A stretch of 64,000 nucleotides of DNA from Candidatus Xenobia bacterium (GCA_045863235.1 BTUM01000035.1:12019-76018), one strand, 5' to 3'. Counted from the stretch's first letter, positions 19,015 through 29,231 are shown. Made by a program: numbers and translations. Notes: a model not told the origin generated them from the letters alone.

Positions 19015-21258
19015 GTGAAGACGCTTGGACCTGAAAGCGTAAGCGAGGTTTTGCACACCGTTGGAAAGCCCATGCGGCGCCCCGACGCGCCCGAGAAGGT
19101 GCAGGGACGGGCGCTGTACGTGGACGACGTGCACCCGGCCGGCATGCTGTATGCGGCCGTGGTCCGAAGCCCCCACGCGCACGCCCGCATCAAGGCGATT
19201 CGCACCGAGAAAGCGGCCGCCGTCGAGGGCGTGTGGACGGTCATGACCCACCGCGACATCCCGGGCCGGAACATCATCCCGATGATCAAGGAAGACTGGA
19301 TCTGCCTGGCCGCGGAGACCACCCACCACGTCGGCGAGGCGGTCGCCCTGATCGCGGCCGAGACGAAAGAGGCAGCCGCCCGGGCGGTCGAGCTGGTGGA
19401 GGTGGATTACGAGGTCCTCGCCCCTGTGCTCACTATCGAGGAAGGCTTCGAGCGCGAGGACTTCCTGGCCCAGTGGAAGATCCTCAAGGGCGATACCGAG
19501 GCTGCCTTCTCCAACCCCGAGCATGTCGTGCTCGAGGACGTCTACCGCACCCCCTATCAAGAGCATGCCTACCTCGAGACCAACGGCATGCTGGCCATGC
19601 CCGACGGGCTGGGCGGGATCCTCCTTCAAGGCTCGCTGCAGTGCCCCCACTACGTGCAGAAGGCCGTGGCCGTGGTGCTGGGCATCGACATGGCCAGGGT
19701 GCGCATCGTGCAGCTTTGCACCGGCGGCGGCTTCGGTGGCAAGGAGGACGCCCCCAGCGCGCCCGGCTCGCACTGCGCCCTGCTGGCCTGGAAGACCAGG
19801 CGTCCCGTCAAGCTGGTCTACAGCCGCGAAGAGGACATGATCTGCATGTCCAAGCGCCACCCGGGCAAGGTGCGCTATCGCATGGCCTGCTCCCAGGACG
19901 GGGTCATCCAGGCAGTCGATGTGGACTACTGGCTCAACGGCGGGGCCTATACCACGTTGTCGCCGGTGGTGTTGTGGCGCGGCCTGGTGCACGCCGGCGG
20001 GCCCTACCGGGTTCCCAACGTGCGCGTGCACGCCTACGCCGTGCGCACCGATACCGTGCCCTGCGGCGCCTTCCGAGGCTTTGGCGAGCCCCAGATCGTG
20101 TTCGCGGTCGAAGCCCACATGGACGCCATGGCCGCGAAACTGGGCCTTGATCCGGTGGCCTTTCGGCTCAAGAACCTGCTCGACTACGGGGATGAGACCA
20201 TCACCGGGCACAAGATCGAAACCTCCTGCGGCATGCTGGAAGTGGTGGAGAAGGTGCTGGAGAAGGCCGAGTGGCACCAGCGGCACCCGAGCTACGGCCG
20301 GGATACCGGCCGGCTGCGCCGGGGGCTGGGGGTGGCCTTCTCCTACTATGGGGTGGGCCTGGGGGCGCTGGGCAAGCACCTCAACCCGGCCGCGGCCAAC
20401 GTGGTGGTCTCGGCCGACGGCTCGGTGACCATCGCGGTGGGCACCACCGAGTTGGGCCAGGGCATGGTCACGGTGCTGACCCAGATTGCCGCCGAGGAGC
20501 TCGGCTGCGATCCGTGCCTGATCCGCCTGGTCGAGTCGGACACCAGCCGGGTGCCCGACTCGGGCCCCACCGTGGCCAGCCGCACCACACTGATGTCGGG
20601 CAACGCGGTGCGCAACGCATGCCAGCAGATCAAAGAGCGCATGGAGAGCGAGCTGAAAGACCAGGTCATCCCCTGGAAGTCGGCCACTTTTCAGCCCGAG
20701 GCGTGGCCGGCGGCGGTGGCCGCCTGCCTGGGCAAGTGCGTGCAGATGTCCTCTCAGGGCTGGTCGGTGCCCCCCAAGACCACCTTCGACGTGGACACGG
20801 GGCAGGGCGATCCCTACGTCACCTACACCTGGAGCGCCAACACGGTGGAGCTGACGGTGGACGTGGAGACGGGCGAGGTGGTGGTGCAACGCCTGGTCAG
20901 CGGCCACGACGTGGGCAAGATCATCAACCCCCAGACCGGCGAGGGCCAGATCGAGGGGGGCTCGATGCAGGGGCTGGGCTGGGCCCTGGTGGAGGAGCAC
21001 CACCTCAAGGACGGGCGCATCTTGAACAACCAGTTCTCCAACTACATCATCCCCACCCCGATGGACACGCCCGAGCTGATCCCCGTGATCGTCGAGCACC
21101 GCTATCCCTGGGGCCCTTACGGCGCCAAGGGCCTGGGCGAGACGCCCATGATCGCGGTGGCGCCGGCCGTGGTGAACGCCATCGCCCAGGCGGTGGGCAA
21201 GCGACTGAAGGAGATTCCGGCCACGCCGGAGCGGGTCTGGGAGGCCCTGAACGCATGA
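19015..21258 (+). CDS. xdhA: Xanthine dehydrogenase family molybdopterin-binding subunit
   Basis: RSPHAHARI, HAYLET, GGGFGGK, AFRGFG, ELGQG, GAKGLGE. Start uncertain (GTG 19015 or TTG 19051). Confidence 0.9.
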   Translation: MKTLGPESVSEVLHTVGKPMRRPDAPEKVQGRALYVDDVHPAGMLYAAVVRSPHAHARIKAIRTEKAAAVEGVWTVMTHRDIPGRNIIPMIKEDWICLAAETTHHVGEAVALIAAETKEAAARAVELVEVDYEVLAPVLTIEEGFEREDFLAQWKILKGDTEAAFSNPEHVVLEDVYRTPYQEHAYLETNGMLAMPDGLGGILLQGSLQCPHYVQKAVAVVLGIDMARVRIVQLCTGGGFGGKEDAPSAPGSHCALLAWKTRRPVKLVYSREEDMICMSKRHPGKVRYRMACSQDGVIQAVDVDYWLNGGAYTTLSPVVLWRGLVHAGGPYRVPNVRVHAYAVRTDTVPCGAFRGFGEPQIVFAVEAHMDAMAAKLGLDPVAFRLKNLLDYGDETITGHKIETSCGMLEVVEKVLEKAEWHQRHPSYGRDTGRLRRGLGVAFSYYGVGLGALGKHLNPAAANVVVSADGSVTIAVGTTELGQGMVTVLTQIAAEELGCDPCLIRLVESDTSRVPDSGPTVASRTTLMSGNAVRNACQQIKERMESELKDQVIPWKSATFQPEAWPAAVAACLGKCVQMSSQGWSVPPKTTFDVDTGQGDPYVTYTWSANTVELTVDVETGEVVVQRLVSGHDVGKIINPQTGEGQIEGGSMQGLGWALVEEHHLKDGRILNNQFSNYIIPTPMDTPELIPVIVEHRYPWGPYGAKGLGETPMIAVAPAVVNAIAQAVGKRLKEIPATPERVWEALNA

Positions 21259-21719
21259 AGCTGAGCTGCAAGATCAACGGTGAGAAGGTCGAGCGCGTGG
21301 TGGATCCGGCCGCCCGCCTGCTCGACACCCTGCGTGAGGAGCTGCGCCTGACCGGCACCAAGGAAGGGTGCGGCAAGGGCGAGTGCGGCGCCTGCACCAT
21401 CTTCGTCAACGGCAAGCCGGTGGACTCGTGCCTGATGCTCACCATCCAGGCCCAGGGGGCCGAGATCGTGACCATCGAGGGCCTGGCCAGGGACGGCAAG
21501 CTGGATGCGGTGCAGGAGTGCTTTATCTCGGAAGGGGGCGTGCAGTGCGGATTCTGCATTCCGGGCATGATTATGGCCGCCCGGGCCCTGCTCGATGAGC
21601 ACCCCGAGCCCACCCTGGAGCAGATCCAGTACGGGCTGGGCGGCAACCTGTGTCGCTGCACCGGTTACTCCAAGATCTTTCAGGCCGTTTTGAAAGCCGC
21701 CCAACTGGAGCGCGTATGA
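21255..21719 (+). CDS. xdhC: Xanthine dehydrogenase family 2x[2Fe-2S] subunit
   Basis: GTKEGCGKGECGAC, QCGFCIPG, NLCRCTGY; ATGA overlap. Confidence 0.92.
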   Translation: MKLSCKINGEKVERVVDPAARLLDTLREELRLTGTKEGCGKGECGACTIFVNGKPVDSCLMLTIQAQGAEIVTIEGLARDGKLDAVQECFISEGGVQCGFCIPGMIMAARALLDEHPEPTLEQIQYGLGGNLCRCTGYSKIFQAVLKAAQLERV

Positions 21720-22540
21720 TCACCGTCTTTCGGCCCGAGACGCCGGACGAGCTGTTCGAGCTGGTGACGAGCCAGCCGGCCCCGCACTACTTCCTGGCCG
21801 GTGGCACCGATCTGCTCGTGCAGCACAAGGACGGAGCCATCGGGCCTTCGACCTGGTTCGACCTGACGGCTATCTCCGAGTTCACTGGCATCCGCCAGGA
21901 GGAGGGCAAGATCGTGCTGGGTGCCACCACCACCCATGACGAGCTGGTTCGCTCACCTTTGATCCAGAAGTACGCTCCCGTGCTGGTGCAGGGGGCCGAG
22001 GTCATCGGCGGTCCCCAGATCCGCAACCGGGGCACGGTGGGCGGCAACCTGGCCAACGGCTCTCCGGCGGCCGACACGGCCCCGCCGCTCTATTCTCTGG
22101 AGGCCGAGGTAGGCATGAGCAATGGCCAGCGAACCCGCTGGCTGCCCATCGCCGACTTCTTCTTGCACGTGCGCAAAACGGCCCTGGAACCCGGCGAGCT
22201 GATCACGGCCGTGCGCTTTCCGGCCCGCGAGGGCATCCAGGGCGGTTTCATGCGCCTGGGCCAGCGCCGCTCGCAGGCCATCAGCAAGGTCTCGGTGGCC
22301 GTCAGCGCGGTGGGCCGCTTTGATTACCTGGCCATCGCCTGCGGCTCGGTGGCCCCCACGGTGGTGCGCGCTCCCCGGGCCGAGGCCATTTTGCGCGAGC
22401 AAGGCATGGCCGGACTGGAAGAGGCCGGCCGGGTCATCTGCGAGGAGGTCAAGCCGATCAGCGACGTGCGCTCGACGGCCGATTACCGGCGGGCCATGAC
22501 CGGGGTGCTGCTGCGACGGGTGCTGGAGAGTCTCCGGTGA
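21716..22540 (+). CDS. xdhB: Xanthine dehydrogenase family FAD-binding subunit
   Basis: LAGGTDL, QIRNRGTVGGN, SPAAD, PISDVRSTADYR; ATGA overlap. Confidence 0.92.
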   Translation: MITVFRPETPDELFELVTSQPAPHYFLAGGTDLLVQHKDGAIGPSTWFDLTAISEFTGIRQEEGKIVLGATTTHDELVRSPLIQKYAPVLVQGAEVIGGPQIRNRGTVGGNLANGSPAADTAPPLYSLEAEVGMSNGQRTRWLPIADFFLHVRKTALEPGELITAVRFPAREGIQGGFMRLGQRRSQAISKVSVAVSAVGRFDYLAIACGSVAPTVVRAPRAEAILREQGMAGLEEAGRVICEEVKPISDVRSTADYRRAMTGVLLRRVLESLR

Positions 22541-22544
22541 CCTC

Positions 22545-23567
22545 TTGAGTGATTCCCTCCCGGATTACCCCGAACTTCTCGGACTGGTGCAGCAACTGGT
22601 CCACCGGGTCAGCCAGCCTGAGCTGGTGGAGGGCCTGGAGCGAGTGGCCAGCCGCTACCTGGGCAGTCGAGTCACCTTGTACCAGGAGAAGCCAGCTGAA
22701 GCATCCCGTCCCCTGGGGGCGGGCAATGGCAGGGTTCTCGGCTATCTGGCCTGCGAGCCCTCCTTGTTGTGGGGTCCGGTGGCCGACCTGCTGGCCGCCC
22801 TTTGCTCACTGGCTCTGGACTGGACGCAGGCCAGCCAGGACGAGCCGCGCTCGGGCTATCTCGCCGAGCTCATCGCTGCCCGCACGGTGCTGGCCGAGAT
22901 GCTGCCCTCGGGACCTTTGCAGGCAGGCGACTGCACTGCTGCCGGGTGGTTGCAGGCTGTCCATTACGTGGGGGGAGACTGCTTCGACTTCTTCACGGTC
23001 AATGGTGAGTTGCGCTTCTTCATCGCGGACGCGGTGGGGCACGGTCTGGCCTCCACCTTGATGTCGCTCGAGTGCCGGGCGCTCTGGCGGGCCCTCAGCC
23101 GCACCCGCCCTCCGGCCCAGACCGCTGCCATCCTCAACGAGTTGCTCGCCCACGACGATCGGGGCCAGGAGCGTTTCGTGGCCTGCTGTCTGGGGGAGGT
23201 GAGCTGTGAGTCTTCCATGCTTCGCTACGTCTGTTGTGGGCTGGCCCCCTGCATTCATCGGCGGGCCGACGGCACTACCGACCTCGTGGAGACCGCCGAC
23301 CCTCCGCTGGGGGTGATTCAAGACGCCTCCTTCCGCCAGCATGAACGGGACTTTCCGGCCGGCGACGCGGTGCTCTTTCTCACCGATGGGGTTCTCGACT
23401 GTCTGCAGTCGGATGGCACTCGCTACGGCCAGGGGCGCATTGTTGACCTGGTGAGGGGCCTGGGACCTGACGCGATCCTGGAGGGGCTACGTCAGGATAT
23501 CGGGAGCTTCGCTGGCGATCACCCCCAGCAGGACGACGCCGCCGCGCTGGTGATTCATCGCTCCTGA
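22545..23567 (+). CDS. PP2C/SpoIIE-family (RsbU-like) Ser/Thr phosphatase
   Basis: VGGDCFD, IADAVGHG, LTDGV, QDD motifs. Confidence 0.85.
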   Translation: MSDSLPDYPELLGLVQQLVHRVSQPELVEGLERVASRYLGSRVTLYQEKPAEASRPLGAGNGRVLGYLACEPSLLWGPVADLLAALCSLALDWTQASQDEPRSGYLAELIAARTVLAEMLPSGPLQAGDCTAAGWLQAVHYVGGDCFDFFTVNGELRFFIADAVGHGLASTLMSLECRALWRALSRTRPPAQTAAILNELLAHDDRGQERFVACCLGEVSCESSMLRYVCCGLAPCIHRRADGTTDLVETADPPLGVIQDASFRQHERDFPAGDAVLFLTDGVLDCLQSDGTRYGQGRIVDLVRGLGPDAILEGLRQDIGSFAGDHPQQDDAAALVIHRS

Positions 23568-23589
23568 GTCGAGTGAGCCCCCCCGACGC

Positions 23590-24747
23590 ATGAGCCTTGC
23601 CCTCATCTTGCTCTTTGCCACGGCCGCGGGGCTGTCAGTGGGGAATCTCTACTACGCCCAACCGCTCCTGGGGGCAATCTCCAATGCCTTCCATGTGACC
23701 GAGGCTCACGCGGGTCTGATCGCCACCGTGACCCAGCTGGGCTACGCCGCAGGACTGGTGCTGCTGGTGCCCCTGGGGGACCTGTTCGAGAACCGCCGGT
23801 TGCTCACGGTGCTGCTGGGAGGAACGGTGCTCTCGCTGCTGGCGGCCGCGGTTGCTCCCAGCATGCTCTGGTTCGTGCTGGCCTCGCTGGCCATTGGCGT
23901 GACCTCGGTGGTGGCCCAGGTGCTGGTTCCGTTCGCGGCCAGCCTGTCGCCCCCGGCGCGCCGGGGTGAAGTGGTGGGGCAGGTGATGAGCGGGCTGCTG
24001 CTCGGCATTCTGCTGGCCCGCGCCCTGGCCGGGCTGCTGTCGGACCAGTTGGGCTGGCGGGCGGTGTACCTCATCTCCGCCGCCCTGATGGGGCTTTCCG
24101 CCGTGACCCTGCGCCTGTGCCTTCCGACGCGCCAGCCGGGCTATACGGGCACCTACGGGGCGCTCCTGCGCTCTCTGGTGGATATCTACCGGGCCCAGCC
24201 CGTGCTGCGTCGGCGGGCTGTCTACCAGGCGGCGATGTTCGGCAGCTTCAGCGCCTTCTGGACCTGCCTGACCTTCCTGCTGAGCGCGCCCCCCTTTCGC
24301 TTCTCGATGGCCCAGATCGGAGCGGTCGCCCTGGTGGGGGCTCTGGGGGCCACGGTCGCTCCCCTGGCCGGTAAGCTGGGCGACCGGGGCGCCTCGCATC
24401 CGGCCACGGGCGCCGCGCTGGCGCTGGCGGCGCTGGGGTTCGGACTCACTTTGTGGCAGACGTCCCTGGTCGCCATCGTGGTGGGCGCGTGTCTGCTCGA
24501 TCTCGGAGTGCAGATGTGCCTGGTGCTGGGCCAGCAGGCCATCTATAGCCTGGACGAGAGCCAGCGCAGCCGGCTGAACACGCTCTACATCAGCATCTTC
24601 TTCCTGGGAGGGGCGGTCGGCTCGGCTCTGGCCTCGCAGGCCTACGGGCACGGGGGCTGGACCTGGGTGGTGGCCATCGGGAGCGGAGGTCCGCTGCTGG
24701 CCTTCTTCTACTGGCTGACCGAGCGGCGCTCAGACCTTGCGGGCTGA
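23590..24747 (+). CDS. MFS transporter
   Basis: NLYYAQPLL, TQLGYAAGL, PLGD, RSRLNTLY; about 12 TM. Confidence 0.9.
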   Translation: MSLALILLFATAAGLSVGNLYYAQPLLGAISNAFHVTEAHAGLIATVTQLGYAAGLVLLVPLGDLFENRRLLTVLLGGTVLSLLAAAVAPSMLWFVLASLAIGVTSVVAQVLVPFAASLSPPARRGEVVGQVMSGLLLGILLARALAGLLSDQLGWRAVYLISAALMGLSAVTLRLCLPTRQPGYTGTYGALLRSLVDIYRAQPVLRRRAVYQAAMFGSFSAFWTCLTFLLSAPPFRFSMAQIGAVALVGALGATVAPLAGKLGDRGASHPATGAALALAALGFGLTLWQTSLVAIVVGACLLDLGVQMCLVLGQQAIYSLDESQRSRLNTLYISIFFLGGAVGSALASQAYGHGGWTWVVAIGSGGPLLAFFYWLTERRSDLAG

Positions 24748-24767
24748 CCGTCGGCCGGACAGGGGTT

Positions 24768-25976
24768 TCACCGCTCCTGAGTGACCTCCGATTCTCCCCG
24801 GGTCATCTCCGCCAGCGAGGCCGGGGCGCGGCAGCGCCCCATGCACACGTCCTCGAGCAGCAACAGCAAGGAGCGGTTGTTCGGATCCTTCGGATTGAGG
24901 CGCAAAGCTCGTTCGGCCAGCTCTTTGGCAGCGCTCGGGTCGCCTGCTAGCAGCTCGGCCACCGCCAGGTTGGTCAAGAGGCCCGCGTCCTCGGGCCGGA
25001 CCTGGCTTGCCTTGCGAGCGGGCTCCAGGGCCTCTTCGTTCAGGCCGACCCGCAACAGCGCCAGGGAATACTCGCGCAGCACGTCCGGGTGCTCGGGCTG
25101 AAGCTGGCTGGCCCGGCGCAGCAGCACGCAGGAGGCTTGCACTTCGCCCAGCTGAGCCTGGCCGCGTCCGGCCAGCCACAGGGCAGCCCAGCTCTCGGGG
25201 CGGTGCTGCAGGTGCTCGAGCAGATCGTCCACGGCCCTGCTCAGGGCTTGGCGAGGGGCGCTCTCTCCCTGCTCGAGCAACTCGATGAGGGCGGTCGAGC
25301 CGCGCTCATAAAGATCCCCGCGGCCCCGAGCCCAGTCGATCAGCTGCAGGGTGTAGTCGGGCTCGAGTGGGCAGGCCGTGATGGCCTGCACCGCGCCCTC
25401 GACGTCGTTTCGCAGGAGGTGGGCCCGGGCCAGCAGCTCGGCCAGGGGGGCGTGATTGGAGAGCCCCTCGCCCTGCAGGGCGGCCTGCAGAATGGTATCC
25501 ACCTCCTGGCTCGGCTCGCGGTCGTTCTTGAGCATCAGCACCTGGGCCAGATAGACCCGGGCTGGAGCATAGCGGGGCCAGGAATTGCACAGCCGGCGAA
25601 AGGCGCGCTCGGCCTCCTCGAGCTGGCCCGCCTCGGCGGCGGAAAGGCCATTCTGATAGAGGGCTTCCGCCTCGTCTGGCTCGAGAAAGCGCGGGGTGAG
25701 GACTTCGCCGCAGTCGGGACAGACCCAGCCATCTACAGACAGGGGGTAGTGATCCCACAGGGTGGCGTCGGTGGTGAAGATCACCTCCTGCACCTTTCCC
25801 CCGCAGGACTCGCAGCTCTCCAGCTCCCCCCTCCGTCGCCCCTCGGTTTCGGCCTGCAAGGGGAACTGCCGGGCGCGCTCCAGGTTGCGCAAAACCACCG
25901 TTCTCACAGCATGGAAGCTGTTCGCCCCGGGCGGAGTGTTCTCATTCCGGCAACAAATGTCGAAGTTTGGATCCAT
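24768..25976 (-). CDS. TPR protein with N-terminal zinc-ribbon-like CxxC pair
   Basis: CESC...CPDC, then several TPR-like helical repeats. Start uncertain. Confidence 0.7.
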   Translation of the reverse strand: MDPNFDICCRNENTPPGANSFHAVRTVVLRNLERARQFPLQAETEGRRRGELESCESCGGKVQEVIFTTDATLWDHYPLSVDGWVCPDCGEVLTPRFLEPDEAEALYQNGLSAAEAGQLEEAERAFRRLCNSWPRYAPARVYLAQVLMLKNDREPSQEVDTILQAALQGEGLSNHAPLAELLARAHLLRNDVEGAVQAITACPLEPDYTLQLIDWARGRGDLYERGSTALIELLEQGESAPRQALSRAVDDLLEHLQHRPESWAALWLAGRGQAQLGEVQASCVLLRRASQLQPEHPDVLREYSLALLRVGLNEEALEPARKASQVRPEDAGLLTNLAVAELLAGDPSAAKELAERALRLNPKDPNNRSLLLLLEDVCMGRCRAPASLAEMTRGESEVTQER

Positions 25977-25987
25977 ACACTCGGCCC

Positions 25988-26539
25988 ATGACGATTCGAG
26001 AAGTTGGACGGGAAGTCGGTCGTGGTCTCTTCGTGGTGGCCCGCGAGGCGGGAGAAGCGGCCAAGAACGACCCGGCGCTGGCCCTGCGGGTCTCGGCCAC
26101 CACCTTGCAGGACACCCTCATGACAGGCGTGGTCAACGACAGCGTCAAGTCGGGCATGTCCTCCACCATCGTGCCCCTGATGCGCGGGGCCTTGCTGGCC
26201 ATGAACACGGTGCGCTGCGCGGAGACCTTCAAGGACCCGACCAGCACGAAATTTGACAAGGGGATGGACGCCCTGCGCGTGGCCACGGACCTGGTCGGCT
26301 TCGTGGGCGGTCTGGCCATGCTGTTCACCCCCGCTTACGCCGGGGTGGGCGCCCAGATGGTGGGAGTGGCCTACGCCGCCGACCTGATCTCGCACGGCTA
26401 TCGGGGGATTCAGCACGTCGGGCGCCGCATCAAGTACTGGGAGGCCAAGCTGGCCGAGGAGAAGCCGCCTGAGCCCACTCCGCCGCCCCGCTCCTCGGTC
26501 ACCGGGTTGACCGGCTCGTTCTTGCTGGCCCGCCCTTAG
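25988..26539 (+). CDS. Hypothetical membrane-associated protein
   Basis: TACACT-N6-ATG (leaderless-type start at 25988); hydrophobic segments. Confidence 0.6.
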   Translation: MTIREVGREVGRGLFVVAREAGEAAKNDPALALRVSATTLQDTLMTGVVNDSVKSGMSSTIVPLMRGALLAMNTVRCAETFKDPTSTKFDKGMDALRVATDLVGFVGGLAMLFTPAYAGVGAQMVGVAYAADLISHGYRGIQHVGRRIKYWEAKLAEEKPPEPTPPPRSSVTGLTGSFLLARP

Positions 26540-26597
26540 ACGCTGAAAGCCCATGCGGCTGATGGCCGCGGATCCAAACCTGTGGCATAATCTTTTC

Positions 26598-28265
26598 ATG
26601 CGGCGAAAGCAGGGGGTCAGCCTGGGCACCACCTTGATGGTGGTCTCCATCGTGGCCATGCTGGGCCTGGCCCTGGCGGCCAGCAACATCACCCACCTCG
26701 GCCTGATGGCCCGCAGCAACAACGCCACCCTGGCCCTGGACCAGGCCCGCTCGGCGGTGGACATCACCCTGGCCCACCTTTACACCGATAAGGTCTATGG
26801 CACCAACAACGAGACGGTGACCTGCCAGGGGCCTGACCAGAGCGCGGGTTGGGTCACCTTCGACCCGGCCGAGGCGGCCCGGCTGGGGGTCAGCCAGTCG
26901 CTCAACAACCTCAGCCAGAACGGCTCCAATCTGGCCCCTGATGGCCAGGTCGTGCCCCAGCAGGGTGCCTACCTGGTGGGCGTGGGCAGAGCTAACGGAG
27001 TGACCCGCACCGTACGGGCGGTGGTGTTCCTGCCGCCCTATCCCTACGCCGCCTCCAGCGATGGGGCCATCGTGTCGCTGGGCAACCTGGTGGTGGGCTC
27101 GCTCCAGACAGGCCAGAGCGTGGGCACCCCAGCCGACCAGCTCGCTCCGGCCGATATCGCCAGCAACGACCCCACCGGGCTGGCCATCGATCTCGGCCCG
27201 AGCAGCACGATTCGGGGCAGCCTGCGAGCCGTGGGGGGAGTGCGGGTGGCGCCCGGCAGCGTGGTCGGCAAGCAGTTGACCGGGCAGTCCCCGGTCAAGG
27301 TGCCCGACATGCAGGTGGACAGCTTTGACCCCGCCGCCATGAGCCCACCTCAGCAGAGCACCGCCCTGCAACCTGTCTACTCACAGAGCACGGGCTTCAC
27401 CGGAGCCTTGCGCCGGGATGGCGACGTCACCGTGACCGGGGATCTCACCCTCACGCAGGCGCTGGTCTTCGTGCGCGGCAGTCTGAACATCACCGGCAGC
27501 GTGACCGGAGAGGGGATCCTTGTTGCCACGGGCGACCTCACGATCGGTGGTCAGGCCCGGATGACCAGCGCCAACCGGGTTGCCCTCCTGAGCAAGGGCA
27601 AGATCACCCTGGCCGGAAACGGGCCGGCCAGCTCCGACCTGCGCGGCCTGGTCTATGCCGAGAACGGCCTGTCGACGCAGCAGCTGAGCGTGCAGGGGGC
27701 GGTGGTGGCCCGCAACCCGCAGAAGGTGGAGATGGTCGACACCCGCCTGCTGGGAGATGGTGCGCTGCTGCAGGCGCCCTTTGACATCGCGCTCGCTCAG
27801 CCCGCTCCTACGCCGCCCTACGTGGTGGGGAACGGGTTGACCGCCCCTGAGGGCTCGTCTTCCCAGGTTGACATCGTGGCAGCCGCCCAGCAGGCTCCCG
27901 GGGCGAGCGCGTCCTTCTACCAGCTGACTTCCTTTCAGGTCACGTCGAGCCCGGATGGCACCATGGGAATCTCCATCGTTACCACCACATACGAGAGTGG
28001 TGGCTCGAGCGTGGCCGAGCCGGTCATTCTGAACGGTCTGTCACCCGAGGACCTCACCCTGGTCCTGACCACCGGCCGGCCGGCCGGCACCGGGCTCCCT
28101 GCCCTCCCTGGCCTGGGCATCAAGCCCCAGCAGGTCCCCACGTTCGACCCCCCCGGTAGCTCCGGCAGCGGTTCGGGTGCAGGCATCTTCCAGCTGAGCG
28201 TCGACCCGAGCCAGCTCTTGCCGCTGGAAGACCGGGCCCGCATCCTTCTCTGGCGCGAGGATTGA
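26598..28265 (+). CDS. PilX-like minor pilin with beta-helix-like body (set D)
   Basis: MRRKQG|VSLGTTLMVVSIV; repeated G-x-L-x-I/V-x-G strands; CATAAT-N6-ATG. Confidence 0.75.
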   Translation: MRRKQGVSLGTTLMVVSIVAMLGLALAASNITHLGLMARSNNATLALDQARSAVDITLAHLYTDKVYGTNNETVTCQGPDQSAGWVTFDPAEAARLGVSQSLNNLSQNGSNLAPDGQVVPQQGAYLVGVGRANGVTRTVRAVVFLPPYPYAASSDGAIVSLGNLVVGSLQTGQSVGTPADQLAPADIASNDPTGLAIDLGPSSTIRGSLRAVGGVRVAPGSVVGKQLTGQSPVKVPDMQVDSFDPAAMSPPQQSTALQPVYSQSTGFTGALRRDGDVTVTGDLTLTQALVFVRGSLNITGSVTGEGILVATGDLTIGGQARMTSANRVALLSKGKITLAGNGPASSDLRGLVYAENGLSTQQLSVQGAVVARNPQKVEMVDTRLLGDGALLQAPFDIALAQPAPTPPYVVGNGLTAPEGSSSQVDIVAAAQQAPGASASFYQLTSFQVTSSPDGTMGISIVTTTYESGGSSVAEPVILNGLSPEDLTLVLTTGRPAGTGLPALPGLGIKPQQVPTFDPPGSSGSGSGAGIFQLSVDPSQLLPLEDRARILLWRED

Positions 28266-28267
28266 GC

Positions 28268-28852
28268 TTAGAAATCCTGGTTGCGAAGCCGGATGCTGCG
28301 CGTCAGCTCGAAACGCTGGTCCTGCACCGCCAGAACCAGTCGCACCGTGGGCGCGGGCGCGGCCAGATCGACCTCGAAAGCCTGCACGTGGGTGGCCAGC
28401 ACCCGGTCGCTAGCGCTCGTCCCCCCGATCAGCTGGCCCAGCTCGGCCAGAGTGGGGGCGAAGGCTGCATTCACGGTCGGTGCGCCGCGGACCAGGTTGG
28501 GCGGGCCGGGCGGCCAGCTGCGGTAGCGGAGCTGGCCCGAAGGATCGAGCCAGTAGAGCCGCAAATTGTCGCTCCAGGCCTGATCGCCCGCGCCGGTCAC
28601 GTCGGCCAGCGGCTGCGCCGCCAGGATGGGAGGACCGGTCACGAAGCTCAGGCCCTCGAGGGGTGTGCGGGACAGGTCGCGCACGATGCGGTCGACGCTG
28701 ACCTGGGCCAGCTGCTGCAGCTCGATCTGCTGGGTGCCCCGCCGGGCGCCGGTGACCATCGGCAAGAGCACCTGCGAGAGCAGGATCAAGAGCAGCAAGA
28801 GCAAGACCCCGCCCAGCATGACCTCGATCAGCGTGAAGCCCCTACGGAGCAT
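28268..28852 (-). CDS. PilW-like prepilin (set D)
   Basis: MLRRG|FTLIEVMLGG class III signal. Confidence 0.85.
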   Translation of the reverse strand: MLRRGFTLIEVMLGGVLLLLLLILLSQVLLPMVTGARRGTQQIELQQLAQVSVDRIVRDLSRTPLEGLSFVTGPPILAAQPLADVTGAGDQAWSDNLRLYWLDPSGQLRYRSWPPGPPNLVRGAPTVNAAFAPTLAELGQLIGGTSASDRVLATHVQAFEVDLAAPAPTVRLVLAVQDQRFELTRSIRLRNQDF

Positions 28853-29231
28853 AGACCCTCGTGACCTCGCGCACCACCTCGTGGGGCACCTGACGATCGA
28901 CCCAGCTCACCCGCACCCGCAGACCGATGAGCAGGCCCGGTTTGGTGCCCGGCCGGTCGGCGGGGAAGATCTCCAGGGTGGGCTGAAATCGCGTCCCGTG
29001 CCCGTCCACAGCTGGCAGCGCCTGCGGGGGGGCGGGTACCAGTTGCGCAAAGGGGAGGGCCAGTTGTCTCTGCAACACGCTCTCGGCCAGGGCATTGGCC
29101 TGCAGGCGCTGGCCCGAGTAGCGCACGCTGGCCACCGAGGCGGGGTAGAGGTTGAAGATCAGTACCACCACCAGCCCCAGCAGGAAGAAGCACAGGATCA
29201 GCTCGGCCAGGCTGATGCCACGTCGGGTCAC
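28842..29231 (-). CDS. PilV-like prepilin (set D)
   Basis: GTG start overlapping the pilC stop; TRRG|ISLAELILCFFLL. Confidence 0.82.
   Translation of the reverse strand: MTRRGISLAELILCFFLLGLVVVLIFNLYPASVASVRYSGQRLQANALAESVLQRQLALPFAQLVPAPPQALPAVDGHGTRFQPTLEIFPADRPGTKPGLLIGLRVRVSWVDRQVPHEVVREVTRVYAP

Noticed and set aside
19015..22540. Selenocysteine recoding or CO dehydrogenase identity
   Set aside because: Frames are open with no in-frame TGA; the active-site loop is AFRGFG, not the CoxL AYxCSFR.
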